From an uncultured delta proteobacterium (lineage in GTDB: Bacteria; Myxococcota; Myxococcia; Myxococcales; Myxococcaceae), in NCBI GenBank assembly GCA_963771175.1, contig CAVYSY010000024.1, positions 160,001 through 224,000 of the forward strand: DNA of 64,000 nt. The letters are read 5' to 3'. Each line of letters begins with the position of its first letter. Position 1 is the stretch's first letter. The notes under the pieces are model-generated. The model was not told the origin of the DNA. It saw nothing but the letters and a program-made list of their open reading frames with translations, and searched no databases. Positions 53,554 through 64,000 of the stretch are shown here, piece after piece. Both the position numbers and the translations under genes were made by a program.

Positions 53554-54183
53554 CTACCTTCCGAGTGGTTTGGTGTTGGAGACCTGGAGACCCGCTTCCG
53601 AGACCTGGACGAACACCTCGCTCGCGGCGGGGACGTCGATGAAGCCGTGCTGATCCCTGCTTCCGAGCCCGAAGCTCACGTCCACCCGGTGGCGACCCGG
53701 TGTCACACCGTGCAGGGTGAGGGAGCTGGAGCTGCCGGAGATCCTACGCGCGTAGTCCATCGTGATGGTGCAGGGCCTATGGCAGCGGAGGTGGAGGAGC
53801 GAGGTGTCATCCTTGCTCCGCTCGGGGGGAGGCGCCTCGGGAGGTGCCGCGGGCTTCGTACCCGCGTCGGGCCTGGAGGAGGAAGACGGCCCCGGGGAGA
53901 CGCCCAGGCGCATCTTCGAATCGATATACACGGTGGCCTCGGGGGCCTCCGGGATGTCGACGTAGCTGGACACCCTGGGAAGACCGAGGACGCCCTTGAT
54001 CTCGATGCGCCGCCTGCCGGGGGGCACTTCCTTGAACTCCCACTGGGAGTCGCTCACCCGCCGGCCGGACCTGCCCTCGAGGAGCACGGAGCAGCTCTCC
54101 CGGCAGCGGACCGTGACGGTGGTGCCCTCGGCGGCGAGGGCCACCGGGGAGACGAACAGGAGGAAGAGGCAGAGCGCGCGCAT
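53554..54183 (-). CDS. Secreted protein with two PEGA-like repeats
   Basis: Signal peptide; two C-x3-C...V(P/T)PGR(R/H)R(I/V) repeats separated by a Pro-rich linker. Confidence 0.65.
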   Translation of the reverse strand: MRALCLFLLFVSPVALAAEGTTVTVRCRESCSVLLEGRSGRRVSDSQWEFKEVPPGRRRIEIKGVLGLPRVSSYVDIPEAPEATVYIDSKMRLGVSPGPSSSSRPDAGTKPAAPPEAPPPERSKDDTSLLHLRCHRPCTITMDYARRISGSSSSLTLHGVTPGRHRVDVSFGLGSRDQHGFIDVPAASEVFVQVSEAGLQVSNTKPLGR

Positions 54184-54226
54184 GGCAGACCGGAGAGGTC
54201 TACCACTTCCGGCATCGGGCGCGCCC

Positions 54227-54565
54227 TCAGTCCTGCTGCGGAACCTGGCCGCCCAGTTGGCCGAAGCCCTGGAAGATGGACGCCATGGTGCCCATCAGGA
54301 AGGAGCGGGACATCTCCTTGAGGGCCGTCATCTCCTTGCTCTCCCCGACCGTGCCAGCGGAGGAAGTCGCGTCCTTCTTCGCCTCGGAGATGGCCGTCGA
54401 GACGATGTCGCGACCGGAGACGAGCGGGGCACTCACCGGCTGGGGCGCCGCGCCGGAGGCACCGGCCTGCACGCGCGAGAGAAAGCTCGTACGGGGGGCC
54501 TCCTGTGCCGCGGACGGAGTCGAGGTGGGCACGCGGGGACCGGTCAGACCGTTGATGGTGGACAT
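54227..54565 (-). CDS. Hypothetical protein
   Basis: GGAG RBS; Ser/Thr-rich N-terminus, amphipathic C-terminal helix. Confidence 0.55.
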   Translation of the reverse strand: MSTINGLTGPRVPTSTPSAAQEAPRTSFLSRVQAGASGAAPQPVSAPLVSGRDIVSTAISEAKKDATSSAGTVGESKEMTALKEMSRSFLMGTMASIFQGFGQLGGQVPQQD

Positions 54566-54740
54566 GGAGCCTCTCCAGGGGGACCTCCCCTGGGGAGGGA
54601 CGTCCGTTCCCCATTATCGCCCAAGGCCCGCCGAAGTTGCGTGGGAGAATTCCTCCGGACCCGGCCGAGGCATCCCGCCGGGTTGGGCATCCACGCCTTC
54701 GGGCGTATCCTCCCCCTCCCTTCAGGAGAGACAACAGAGG

Positions 54741-55553
54741 ATGGAGCACCCCAGGAAGGTAGCGACGGCACTCACGATCGCCGGCTCGGACAGCGGCGGT
54801 GGCGCGGGCATCCAGGCGGACCTGCGGACCTTCGCGTTCCATTGCGTCCACGGAACCAGTGCGATCACCGCGCTGACGGCCCAGAACACGCTCGGCGTCA
54901 CCCGGGTGGACGTCATGCCCGCCGAGTCGGTGGCGGCCCAGATGGACGCGGTGGCCACGGACATCGGGGTCGACGCAGCCAAGCTCGGCATGCTGGTCAA
55001 CCGGGAGATCATCTCCACAGTGGCCTCCCGCCTCCAGGCGCTGGGCATCACCCGGGTCGTCGTGGATCCGGTGATGGTGTCGCGGGCGGGCGCCCGGCTC
55101 ATCGACGACGAGGCCGTGGAGGCGCTGCGGGAGCGACTCCTGCCGCTGGCCACCCTCGTCACCCCCAATCGGCACGAGGCGCAGCTCCTGGCGGGGATGG
55201 AGCTCCAGACGCTCGACGACATGCGGGAGGCGGCGCGCCGCATCCACCGGCTGGGGCCTGGGGCGGTGCTTGTCAAGGGAGGGGCGATGCCGGGCACCCT
55301 GCGCGGCACCGATGTCTGGTTCGACGGCCAGCGCCTGGAGACGCTGCACCTGGCCTCGGTGGAGACGCCCAACACCCACGGCACCGGGTGCACGCTGTCG
55401 GCGGCCGTCGCCGCCAACCTGGCCCTGGGACACGAGCTGCTCGATGCCACCCGGCGCGCCAAGGAGTACGTCACCCGGGCGCTGCAGCACCCGCTCGCGG
55501 TGGGCCGGGGCAATGGTCCCATCGGCCACTTCTTCCCGCTGCTCGGAGCCTGA
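54741..55553 (+). CDS. thiD: Hydroxymethylpyrimidine/phosphomethylpyrimidine kinase
   Basis: ALTIAGSDSGGGAGIQADL, TAQNT, VVDPVM, TPN..EA, THGTGCTLSAA. Confidence 0.95.
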   Translation: MEHPRKVATALTIAGSDSGGGAGIQADLRTFAFHCVHGTSAITALTAQNTLGVTRVDVMPAESVAAQMDAVATDIGVDAAKLGMLVNREIISTVASRLQALGITRVVVDPVMVSRAGARLIDDEAVEALRERLLPLATLVTPNRHEAQLLAGMELQTLDDMREAARRIHRLGPGAVLVKGGAMPGTLRGTDVWFDGQRLETLHLASVETPNTHGTGCTLSAAVAANLALGHELLDATRRAKEYVTRALQHPLAVGRGNGPIGHFFPLLGA

Positions 55554-55684
55554 GCGAGCACGCCAGGGAGCCCAAATCACTGGATGCTTGTTTTCTGAAC
55601 AGGCATGCGGACCGGACTCCTTGCTACAAACCGGGAGCTGGGGCTCCAGGCCCCGCCGCGCTTGGGGTAGCATGGGAGGAAGAG

Positions 55685-57217
55685 GTGCGCACGGCATTGG
55701 ACCATCAGAAAACGGGCAGTGGTCCGGTGTCCCAAGAGCTCCAAGCCAATAATCGGCTTCTCCACGCACTCACCGTGGCCCAGCAGGAGTTCATCCAGGG
55801 CAGTGACGCGCGCAACCTCTTCAACAAGCTCCTCGAGGTGCTGCTCGAGCTGACGGCCAGCGAGTACGGCTTCATTGGCGAGGTGCTCCGCGACCCGCAG
55901 GGCCAGCCCTATCTCCGCACCTACGCCATCACCAACATCGCCTGGACGGACGAGCTGCGGAAGTACTACGCCCAATACGCCGAGACGGGCATGGAGTTCC
56001 GCAACCTCCAAACGCTCTTCGGCACCGTGCTCCGGACCGGGGAGCCCGTGCTCACCAACACGCCCTCGTCGGATCCCCGCCGGGGTGGGCTCCCCCACGG
56101 TCACCCCGCCATGCACGCCTTCCTGGGGCTGCCCTTCAAGTCAGGCGAGGAGCTGGTGGGGATGGTGGGCATCGCCAACCGTCCCGGCGGCTACGGCCCC
56201 GACCTCATCGAGTTCCTCCAACCCCTGCTCGCCACCTGCTGCGCCATCATCCTGGGCTGGCGCAGCGAGCAACGCCGGCGCCAGGCCGAGGCGCTGCTGC
56301 GCCAGCGGGAAGAGGAGCTCCAGCGCCATCGCGAGCATCTGGAGGAGCAGGTGCAGAGCCGCACCGCGAAGCTGCTCCGCACCACCCAGGAGCTGGAGAA
56401 GCGGCAGGTCCAGCTCATCCACTCCGAGCGGATGGCCTCGCTGGGGCTGATCGCCAGCGGCGTCGCCCACGAGATCAACAACCCCCTGGGCTACATCACG
56501 AGCAACCTGGCCACGCTCACCCAGTATGTCTCGGTCTTCACACAGCTCCTGCGGCTCTACCAGGAGCTCGAGGCGGCCCTCGGGCCGGACCGCCCACCGC
56601 CCACGGCCGAGCTGCTCGCGCGCATCCACGCCCTGCGAGAGCAGGAGGATCTGGAGTACCTCCTCGGCGACGTGGACGATCTGCTCAACGACTCCCGCGA
56701 GGGTGCGCAGCGCGTGAAGGAGATCATCCACAACCTGCGCTCCTTCGTTCGGGAGGACTCGGGACGGCAGCAGCTCGTCGACGTGAACAAGGAGCTGGCC
56801 GCCACGCTGAAGCTGGTGTGGAACGAGCTGAAGTACCGGTGCGAGGTGCGGTGCGACTACAACGAGGTGCCGCCCGTCCTCGGCAACCCCACCCAGCTCA
56901 ACCAGGTGTTCACCAACCTGCTGCTCAACGCGGCCCAGGCCATCCCGGAGCGAGGGGAGATCCGCATCACCACCGCGCACGAGGCCGGCGAGGTGCTGGT
57001 GCACATCGCCGACACGGGGCACGGAATGACGCCGGAGGTGCTCTCCAAGCTCTTCACCCCGTTCTTCACCACCCGGCCCGCGGGCAAGGGCACGGGGCTG
57101 GGTCTCTCCATCAGCCAGGACATCGTCACGCGCCACCAGGGCCGCATCGAGGTCCGCAGCCAGCCCGGTGAGGGCAGCACCTTCACGATCCGGCTCCCCG
57201 TCGCACGAGACGCCTGA
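55685..57217 (+). CDS. Cytoplasmic GAF-domain sensor histidine kinase
   Basis: GAF (FLGLPF..LVGMVGIANRPGGY), HEINNPL, NLLLNA, DTG.G, GTGLGL; GGAGG RBS before GTG. Confidence 0.9.
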   Translation: MRTALDHQKTGSGPVSQELQANNRLLHALTVAQQEFIQGSDARNLFNKLLEVLLELTASEYGFIGEVLRDPQGQPYLRTYAITNIAWTDELRKYYAQYAETGMEFRNLQTLFGTVLRTGEPVLTNTPSSDPRRGGLPHGHPAMHAFLGLPFKSGEELVGMVGIANRPGGYGPDLIEFLQPLLATCCAIILGWRSEQRRRQAEALLRQREEELQRHREHLEEQVQSRTAKLLRTTQELEKRQVQLIHSERMASLGLIASGVAHEINNPLGYITSNLATLTQYVSVFTQLLRLYQELEAALGPDRPPPTAELLARIHALREQEDLEYLLGDVDDLLNDSREGAQRVKEIIHNLRSFVREDSGRQQLVDVNKELAATLKLVWNELKYRCEVRCDYNEVPPVLGNPTQLNQVFTNLLLNAAQAIPERGEIRITTAHEAGEVLVHIADTGHGMTPEVLSKLFTPFFTTRPAGKGTGLGLSISQDIVTRHQGRIEVRSQPGEGSTFTIRLPVARDA

Positions 57218-57319
57218 AGCAGCGCCCCGTCCGCACGCCCGCCCTCCAGGCATCCGCGCTTCCTGGAATGTGACAGACCCGGTCTGGGGGCATCTCATCC
57301 AGGAGAGAGGGAGGCACCG

Positions 57320-57922
57320 ATGCGGGAGAACCCACGTCACGAATGGAAGGTCCTGCTCATGGCCGGCGTCCTCGCGCTTCCCGCGTGGGCGGCGGACAGG
57401 CCGGAGCCCGGAGCACCCCTGCCCTCCTTCACGGCGAAGGATCTCCTGGGACAGGAGCACTCCAGCGAGGAGTACCAGGGCCAGCGCACCCTGCTCGTCG
57501 CCATCACCGACAAGAACGCGGGCGACGGGATGCGGAGCTGGTTCGAGGCCGCCGACGCGCACGCCCCCGAGAGCGTCCAGCGCGAGTCCATCATCTCCCT
57601 CCATGTGCCCTTCTTCGTGGGCATGGGGACGGTGCGCCACCGCGCGCAGTCACAGGTACCTCGGCAGTTCTGGGACGACACCCTGCTCGATCGCAATGGC
57701 GCCATGGCCGACACGCTGGGGCTCGCGTCCAGCAAGCAGCCCTACGTCTTCGCCCTCGACGAGCACGGCCAGGTCCTCGCCAGCGCTCACGGGCCTCCAG
57801 ACTCCCCGGAAGCCCAGCGCATCTGGTCTTCCCTGTCCGGTCGGAGGGCGACAGGCACTCCGTCCGCCCCCGACACGGCCACATCCGCTCCGGAGAGCCC
57901 ACACGGCTCCGGCGAAAAATGA
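57320..57922 (+). CDS. Secreted thioredoxin-like-fold protein without cysteines
   Basis: Signal peptide; GAPLPSFTAKDLLG, LLD..G, PYVFALDEHGQV resemble the AhpC/TlpA fold. Confidence 0.6.
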   Translation: MRENPRHEWKVLLMAGVLALPAWAADRPEPGAPLPSFTAKDLLGQEHSSEEYQGQRTLLVAITDKNAGDGMRSWFEAADAHAPESVQRESIISLHVPFFVGMGTVRHRAQSQVPRQFWDDTLLDRNGAMADTLGLASSKQPYVFALDEHGQVLASAHGPPDSPEAQRIWSSLSGRRATGTPSAPDTATSAPESPHGSGEK

Positions 57923-58013
57923 GTCGCATGAGAAGAAGACGCAACCCAAGGATCATGACTTGCGATAATCTTATCGACGCCTTTCTTGGCTCTTGAGACC
58001 GGAGGCTCACGCC

Positions 58014-58307
58014 ATGTGGATCGAAACCATCGTCATGCCCCGGGAAGAGCCAGCGCACTACAGCAGCCCCTCGCCCCGGTACGATCGCGAGTCCGGACAG
58101 CAGTCGGCGTGCGCCCTGGGCCAGCAGTTCCGTGACACCGTCCTCAGCTATCTCCAGAGCAACCAGCTCATGGGCGCGGTGAAGTGGATCAGCGAGCCGG
58201 GGAGCATCCCCATGGTGACGCTGCACTGCACCTCGCTCGTGCTGGAGCAGCTCCAGCAGTCCTCCGAGTTCGAGGCGGGCCGCACCCTGTCCCTCTCGGG
58301 ATTCTGA
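58014..58307 (+). CDS. Small hypothetical protein (possible protease-propeptide/I9-like fold)
   Basis: GGAGG RBS before ATG 58014; beta-alpha-beta-beta-alpha pattern. Confidence 0.6.
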   Translation: MWIETIVMPREEPAHYSSPSPRYDRESGQQSACALGQQFRDTVLSYLQSNQLMGAVKWISEPGSIPMVTLHCTSLVLEQLQQSSEFEAGRTLSLSGF

Positions 58308-58500
58308 AGGGCTCGGGTCAGGTCGCTCGTCGTCGACCTCGGGCGATGTAGGCAAGAACCCCACCTCGTTCGTCGTCGACGAGGAGTGGGGTGTGCGACA
58401 GTCCACTCGACATTGCCACGCATTGGACGAAGCCAGGGACCGGCATGTCACGGCTCCGGTGTCGGGCGGGACGACGGGGGTTCTGTTATTCAGAGGGCCC

Positions 58501-59756
58501 ATGACGGACACCCTCCGATACGTGCCGAGCGACACCGCCGTACCGAACACCAGCGTGGACGCGACCCTGCTCTCCCCGAGCTCGCGAAACGAGAGCCTCC
58601 CGGCCCCCGCGCAAGCTCAGGCACGGCGCAGCACGGTGCTTCCCCGCGTTCAGTGGAACGGGGATCGGCACGACGTGGTGCCCTTCCAGCGCGAGCGCTT
58701 CGAGGAGGTCCGTCCCCTGGGCCAGGGCGGCATGGGCGAGGTGGTGCTGCTCAAGGACAACGACATCGAGCGGCTGGTGGCCCTCAAACGCCTGCCGGAG
58801 GCAACCGACGTTGATCGCCTGCTGCGCTTCGTGGAGGAGATCCGCACCGTCGGGCAGTTGGATCACCCGAACATCGTCCCGGTCCACGACGTCGGCATCG
58901 ACCACCTCGGTCGGTACTACTTCGTGATGAAGCACCTGCAGGGAGACACGCTCGAGTCCATCATCGAGAAGCTCCGCCAGGGAGACCGCGCCGCGCACGC
59001 GCACTACACCTTCCCGATGCGGGTGCAGCTCTTCATCGGCGTGCTCAACGCGCTGGCGTACGCGCACCGCAAGGGCTTCATCCACAGGGACCTCAAGCCC
59101 GCCAACATCATGGTGGGGCCCTACGGCGAGGTCACCGTGATGGACTGGGGCCTGGCCCGGCGCATCGACACGTCGGGAGACACGGCCCAGGCTCCGGGGT
59201 CCGCCGGAGCGCCCGCCCGTCGGCCCGCGCGAGGCGGCCTCGCTGCGCACGCAGGCTCGGCTCCGTGGTGGGAACGCCGCTCTACATGTCGCCCGAGCAG
59301 GCGCGAGGCCAGCACGACCAGGTCGACGTGCGCAGCGACACGTACAGCCTGACCGTGCTGTTCCACGAGTTCCTCTACCTGCGCCACTACCTGGAGGGCC
59401 GCGAGTCGCTGACCGACGTCCTGGAGGGCGTGCAGAAGGTGACGCCCGACCTGATGAGCATCTGGAAGCATGCGCACCAGCCGGCCGTGCCCGCTGAGCT
59501 CTCCTGGTTCCTCGCCAAGGGATTCCAGAAGGATCCGGCGCGGCGCTACCAGTCCGTCGAGGAGATGATGGACGTGCTCCAGGGCGCCATGGATGGGCGC
59601 ATCCACGTGCAGTGCCAGCGCACCATGCTCAAGCGCGGGCTCCACAAGATGCTGCGCATGGTGGATGAATCCCCGAACACGGTCATCATCGGAAGCACAC
59701 TGGCAGTGGTGGTGGTGCTCGCCGCGCTGGGGAATCTGCTGATGGCGCTCTTCTAG
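58501..59756 (+). CDS. Ser/Thr protein kinase with C-terminal TM anchor; frameshift near 59250
   Basis: LGQGGMGEV, VALK, HRDLKPAN, DWG, VGTPLYMSPEQ. Confidence 0.88.
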
Positions 59757-59823
59757 CGCCCCCCCACTTTGAGCTAGATTCCCACGCCCGGGCGCCCTAC
59801 CGCTCTCCCCGAGGTCCCGCCGC

Positions 59824-62115
59824 ATGCCCTCACTCCCCAAAGACTCAGGTCCGGGCTCCCGGGAGTGGCCCGGTGTGTCCGCCAGTGGACCGGGCGCCGC
59901 CGAAGAGGAACTCCGGGCCAGCAACCGCCTGCTGCGGGCGCTCAACGAGGCCCAGGCGGACTTCATCCGGGGTGGTGACGCGGCCGCGCTGTTCGAGCGG
60001 CTGCTCGCGGTGCTGCTCGAGGTGACGGGCAGCGCCTCCGGCCTCATCGGCGAGGTGCTGACCGCCTCCGGGGGAACGCCTTCGCTCCGGGTCCTCGCCA
60101 GCACGCCGCGGGACTGGACGGACGCGCTGAGGGAGCACCCCGCCGGGCAGGACGCCGGGAACCCGGAGCCGCGAGACCTGCGCACGCTCGTGGGCGTCGT
60201 CCTCACCACCGGCCGGCCCGTGCAGTCCGGGGATGTCGCCCCGACGGCCCACGGCACCCCTCCCGACACCTCCCTGCACACCTTCCTCGGCCTGCCCCTC
60301 GAGTCCGCGGGCGAACGGGTGGGACTGGTGGGCCTCGCCAACCGCCCCGGCGGCTATGACGCCCGGGTCATCGAGCTCCTCCAGCCCGTCCTCTCCACGT
60401 GCGGCAACATGCTGCTCGGCCGGAGGAACGAGCACCGACGGCGCCAGACCGAGGAGGAGCAGTGCCGCGCCCTCGCCGAGAGCGCCGAGCGGATGCGGCT
60501 GACGCTGGACAACGTGGAGAACGGCTTGTGGGATTGGGACATCGCCACCCAGAAGCTGTACATGAGCCCGAAGTGGCTGGGCATGCTGGGATACCAAGAG
60601 GGGGAGCTGGAGCCCTCCATCGAGGTGTGGAGGTACCTGTGCCATCCGGAAGACCTGGCCGAAATGAACCGGCGCTTCCAGGCGTACCTGTCGGGGACCA
60701 CTCCCCTCTACGAGGTCGAGTACCGCGCGCGGTGCAAGGGTGGCGGGTGGAGGTGGATGCTGGGCCGAGCCAAGGCGGTGGCGCGCGACGAGCAGGGCCG
60801 TCCGCTGCGCATGGTGGGCACCAACCTGGACATCGATGCCCGCAAGCGCGGTGAGGAGCGCCTGCGCGCCCTGGTGCGGGCGATCCCGGACCTCATCTTC
60901 CGCAACAGCGCCGACGGCACCTACCTCGACTTCGAGGTCAACAACGACCGCCTGCTGGCGCCCGCCGAGTCCCTCATCGGCAGCAATATCCGCCAGATGC
61001 CGATGCCGCAGCCCGTCATCGAGAAGAGCCTCCTGTACATCGGGCGCGCCATCCAGCAGGGCACCCTGCAGGTCTTCGAGTACACGTTGGAGCAGCCGCA
61101 AGGGCCCCAGCACTACGAGGCACGCATCTACCGGAGCGGGCCGAACGAGGCGGTGTCGCTCATACGCAACATCACCGAGCGCAAGCAGACGGAGGAGCGC
61201 CTGCGCCAGCAGGAAGAGGAGCTGCGGCGCCACCGCGACAGCCTGGAGGAGCTGGTGCGCACCCGCACCGAGAAGCTCCGCATGGCCACGCTCGAGCTGG
61301 AGGATCAGCAGGCCCAGCTCATCCAGGCCGAGAAGATGGCCTCGCTGGGACAGATGGCGGCCGGCGTCGCCCATGAGATCAACAACCCGGTCAGCTATGT
61401 GATGAGCAACCTGGGCACGCTCGACGAGTACATCTCCGTGCTCACCCCGCTGCTCCAGCTCCAGCGCGGGCTGCTGGACAGCCAGGAGCCGGGGGCCGAG
61501 GGCACTCGGGAGGAGCTGCTCGCTCGCATGCGCGAGCTGTGGAATCAGGGCGACCTGGACTTCATCCTCTCGGACATGCCCGAGATGATCCAGGAGTCGC
61601 AGGCGGGCACCCGGCGCATTCAGGAGATCGCCCAGGGCCTGCGCTCGTTCGCCCGCGAGGACTCCGGCGCGCCGCAGCCCGTGGACGTGAACGCGGAGCT
61701 GTCCTCCACGCTGAAGATGGTGTGGAACGAGCTGAAGTACAAATGCGAGGTGAAGCGCGACTTCGGGCCGCTGCCCCCCGTCAACTTCCACCCCACCCAG
61801 CTCGCCCAGGTGTTCACCAACCTGCTCGTCAACGCGGCGCAGGCCATCGAGACGCGCGGGGAGATCCGCATCCGCACGCGGCACGAGGGCAATGACGTGG
61901 TGGTGGAGATCGCCGACACGGGCAAGGGCATGACGCCGGAGACGCTCTCCAAGCTCTTCACGCCCTTCTTCACCACCAAGCCACGCGGCCAGGGCACGGG
62001 GCTGGGGTTGTCCGTCAGCTACGGCATCATCACCCGTCACAAGGGCCGCATCGACGTGCAGAGCGAGCCCGGCAAGGGCAGCACCTTCATCCTCCGCCTG
62101 CCCACCTACCCGTGA
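59824..62115 (+). CDS. GAF-PAS-PAS sensor histidine kinase
   Basis: GAF; GLWDWD..HPED PAS/PAC; AIPDLIF PAS; HEINNPV, GTGLGL. Confidence 0.92.
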   Translation: MPSLPKDSGPGSREWPGVSASGPGAAEEELRASNRLLRALNEAQADFIRGGDAAALFERLLAVLLEVTGSASGLIGEVLTASGGTPSLRVLASTPRDWTDALREHPAGQDAGNPEPRDLRTLVGVVLTTGRPVQSGDVAPTAHGTPPDTSLHTFLGLPLESAGERVGLVGLANRPGGYDARVIELLQPVLSTCGNMLLGRRNEHRRRQTEEEQCRALAESAERMRLTLDNVENGLWDWDIATQKLYMSPKWLGMLGYQEGELEPSIEVWRYLCHPEDLAEMNRRFQAYLSGTTPLYEVEYRARCKGGGWRWMLGRAKAVARDEQGRPLRMVGTNLDIDARKRGEERLRALVRAIPDLIFRNSADGTYLDFEVNNDRLLAPAESLIGSNIRQMPMPQPVIEKSLLYIGRAIQQGTLQVFEYTLEQPQGPQHYEARIYRSGPNEAVSLIRNITERKQTEERLRQQEEELRRHRDSLEELVRTRTEKLRMATLELEDQQAQLIQAEKMASLGQMAAGVAHEINNPVSYVMSNLGTLDEYISVLTPLLQLQRGLLDSQEPGAEGTREELLARMRELWNQGDLDFILSDMPEMIQESQAGTRRIQEIAQGLRSFAREDSGAPQPVDVNAELSSTLKMVWNELKYKCEVKRDFGPLPPVNFHPTQLAQVFTNLLVNAAQAIETRGEIRIRTRHEGNDVVVEIADTGKGMTPETLSKLFTPFFTTKPRGQGTGLGLSVSYGIITRHKGRIDVQSEPGKGSTFILRLPTYP

Positions 62116-62118
62116 GCC

Positions 62119-63497
62119 TCAGCGCCGGACCCCGGCCCCGTTCAACGGCAGCCGCAGCCGCGCACGGCACCCGGGGCCCTCCGTCCGGTTCTCCAGACGC
62201 AGGCTGCCGCCGTGCGCCTCGGCGATCTGCCGGCTGAGCGCGAGCCCGATGCCGCTGCCGTTGGGCTTGGTGGTGAAGAAGGGCACGAAGAGGTTCGCCG
62301 TGTCCGGCAGACCCGGGCCCTCGTCCTCCACCCACACCTCGAGCCGCGTCCGGCGCAGCCGCGGTCCACGACACCCACACGCCCCCGCGCGTCTCCAGCG
62401 CCGCGTCCACCGCGTTGCGCACCAGGTTGATGAGCAGCTGCTCGAGCTGATCGCCGTCCGCGCGCAGCGTGAGCATCGGGCCCCGGGCGACACCTCCACC
62501 GGCAGCCGCGTCTCCAGCGCGGCCACCCGCCGCACCCAGGGCTCCACGCTCCACGGGCGCGAGCAGCGGCGGCGGCAGCCGCGCCAGCCGCGCGTACGCG
62601 GACATGAAGCGCGCCCGAGCGCCTCGCTGCGCGCGCGCGATGACCGCGAGGCCCGCTCGTCGCGTCCTCGCTCCCAGTCCGACGGCTCGCGGCGCTCTGC
62701 GCCAGCGCGTCCTGCAGCGACTGCGGCGATGGAGTGGATGGGCGCGAGCGAGTTGTTGATCTCGTGGCTCAGCACGCGCACCAGCCGCTGCCACGCCTCG
62801 CGCTCCTCCTCGCGCAGCGCCGCCGCAGGTCCGTGAGCACCACGCAGCGTGGTGCGGCAGCCCGTCCTGGCGGAAGGTGCTGCGCCGCAGCTCGTAGCGG
62901 CCCGCCCTCGGCACCGCGGAAGGTGCGCGTCGAGCCGCCGCGGCGCCGCGCCCTCCAGCAGCTCGTCGAGCCCGAGCGCGTCGGCCTTCTGGCCCAGCAG
63001 GCGCGCGCGCGGCCGCGCCGAGCAGCCGCTCGCCCGCGCGGTTCACCAGCCGCAGGCGCCCGTCCTCGTCGAAGGCGAGCACCGCGACGTCGATCTCCTC
63101 CATCACCTGCGTGAGCAGCGCGTCCGGCCTCCAGCGCGCCCAGCCGCTGCTCGCGCAGCGTCTCGCCCAGCGCGTTGGCCTCGAGCAGCACCTCGCCCAG
63201 CGGATCGTTCGCCGCGCGCGCCGCGCCCGCGCACGCGAGTAGTCGCCCTCGCGCAGCGCCGCGCAGCAGGTTGGCCACCGTCTGCAGGGGCCGGGACACG
63301 CGCTCGCGCACGACGAGCGCCGCGCACCAGGCCCACACGCAGCACCACCAGGGCGGTGAGCGTCCAGCGCACCTTCGGGCTCGCAGTCCCCCGTCCACAG
63401 CAGGATCGCAGCGCGGTGAGCGAGCCCGGCAGCCCCGCGAGCAGCGCCAGCGAGGAGGACGTGCACGGTCGTGCGTGAAGCGGCTGGCGCCGACGGC

Positions 63498-63501
<4 letters not shown>
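62119..63501 (-). CDS. Sensor histidine kinase (TM-HAMP-PAS-HisKA, NtrY-like); heavily frameshifted
   Basis: LSHEINNSLAPI, QLEQLLINLVRNA, DEGPG, FFTTK..GSGIGL across frames; ATGA overlap with the upstream regulator. Confidence 0.8.

Positions 63502-64000
<499 letters not shown>

Noticed and set aside
54566..54740. TPP riboswitch upstream of thiD
   Set aside because: The conserved CTGAGA and CCTGA..GCGNAGGGA elements are absent.
53996..55684. 1073-aa ORF as one giant histidine kinase, and 27098..29863 as one 921-aa protein
   Set aside because: The upstream parts overlap thiD or kinase coding frames and read as junk; internal RBS plus GTG starts at 55685 and 28654 define the real genes.

Overview
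Very GC-rich (roughly 70% by eye) chromosomal DNA from a myxobacterium. The Cystobacterineae/Archangiaceae-like assignment is inferred from gene content: asgB, four Hanks-type Ser/Thr kinases, MshEN and zinc-ribbon/TPR proteins, and orphan histidine kinases. About 52 genes are present: the end of a Zn/Mn ABC transporter; a putative metal-regulated operon led by a DUF2946/CruR-like leader ORF; a TPP enzyme and an ATP-grasp-like ligase; class II ribonucleotide reductase nrdJ with tandem NrdR boxes and structured 5' and 3' flanks; an LPS cluster (wbaP-like, two GT4, waaL, lptG/lptF) interrupted by about 7.4 kb of repair/signalling genes; purD and purH; asgB with a MerR-like neighbour; a vWA/Ig-repeat lipoprotein; a lipid module; thiD; and several two-component genes. 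No rRNA, tRNA, CRISPR array, integrase or transposase was seen. Many genes are broken by indels that cluster in patches, most likely assembly errors, so broken genes are reported as single CDS spans. The best candidates for something undescribed are (1) a His/Cys-rich, APKSSPP-ending leader with Fur/Zur-like boxes upstream of a His-tailed lipoprotein operon, (2) Y-shaped RNA structures on both sides of nrdJ, and (3) a 14-bp-period direct-repeat array at the start of the MerR-like gene upstream of asgB. All product calls come from motif recognition by eye, not database searches.
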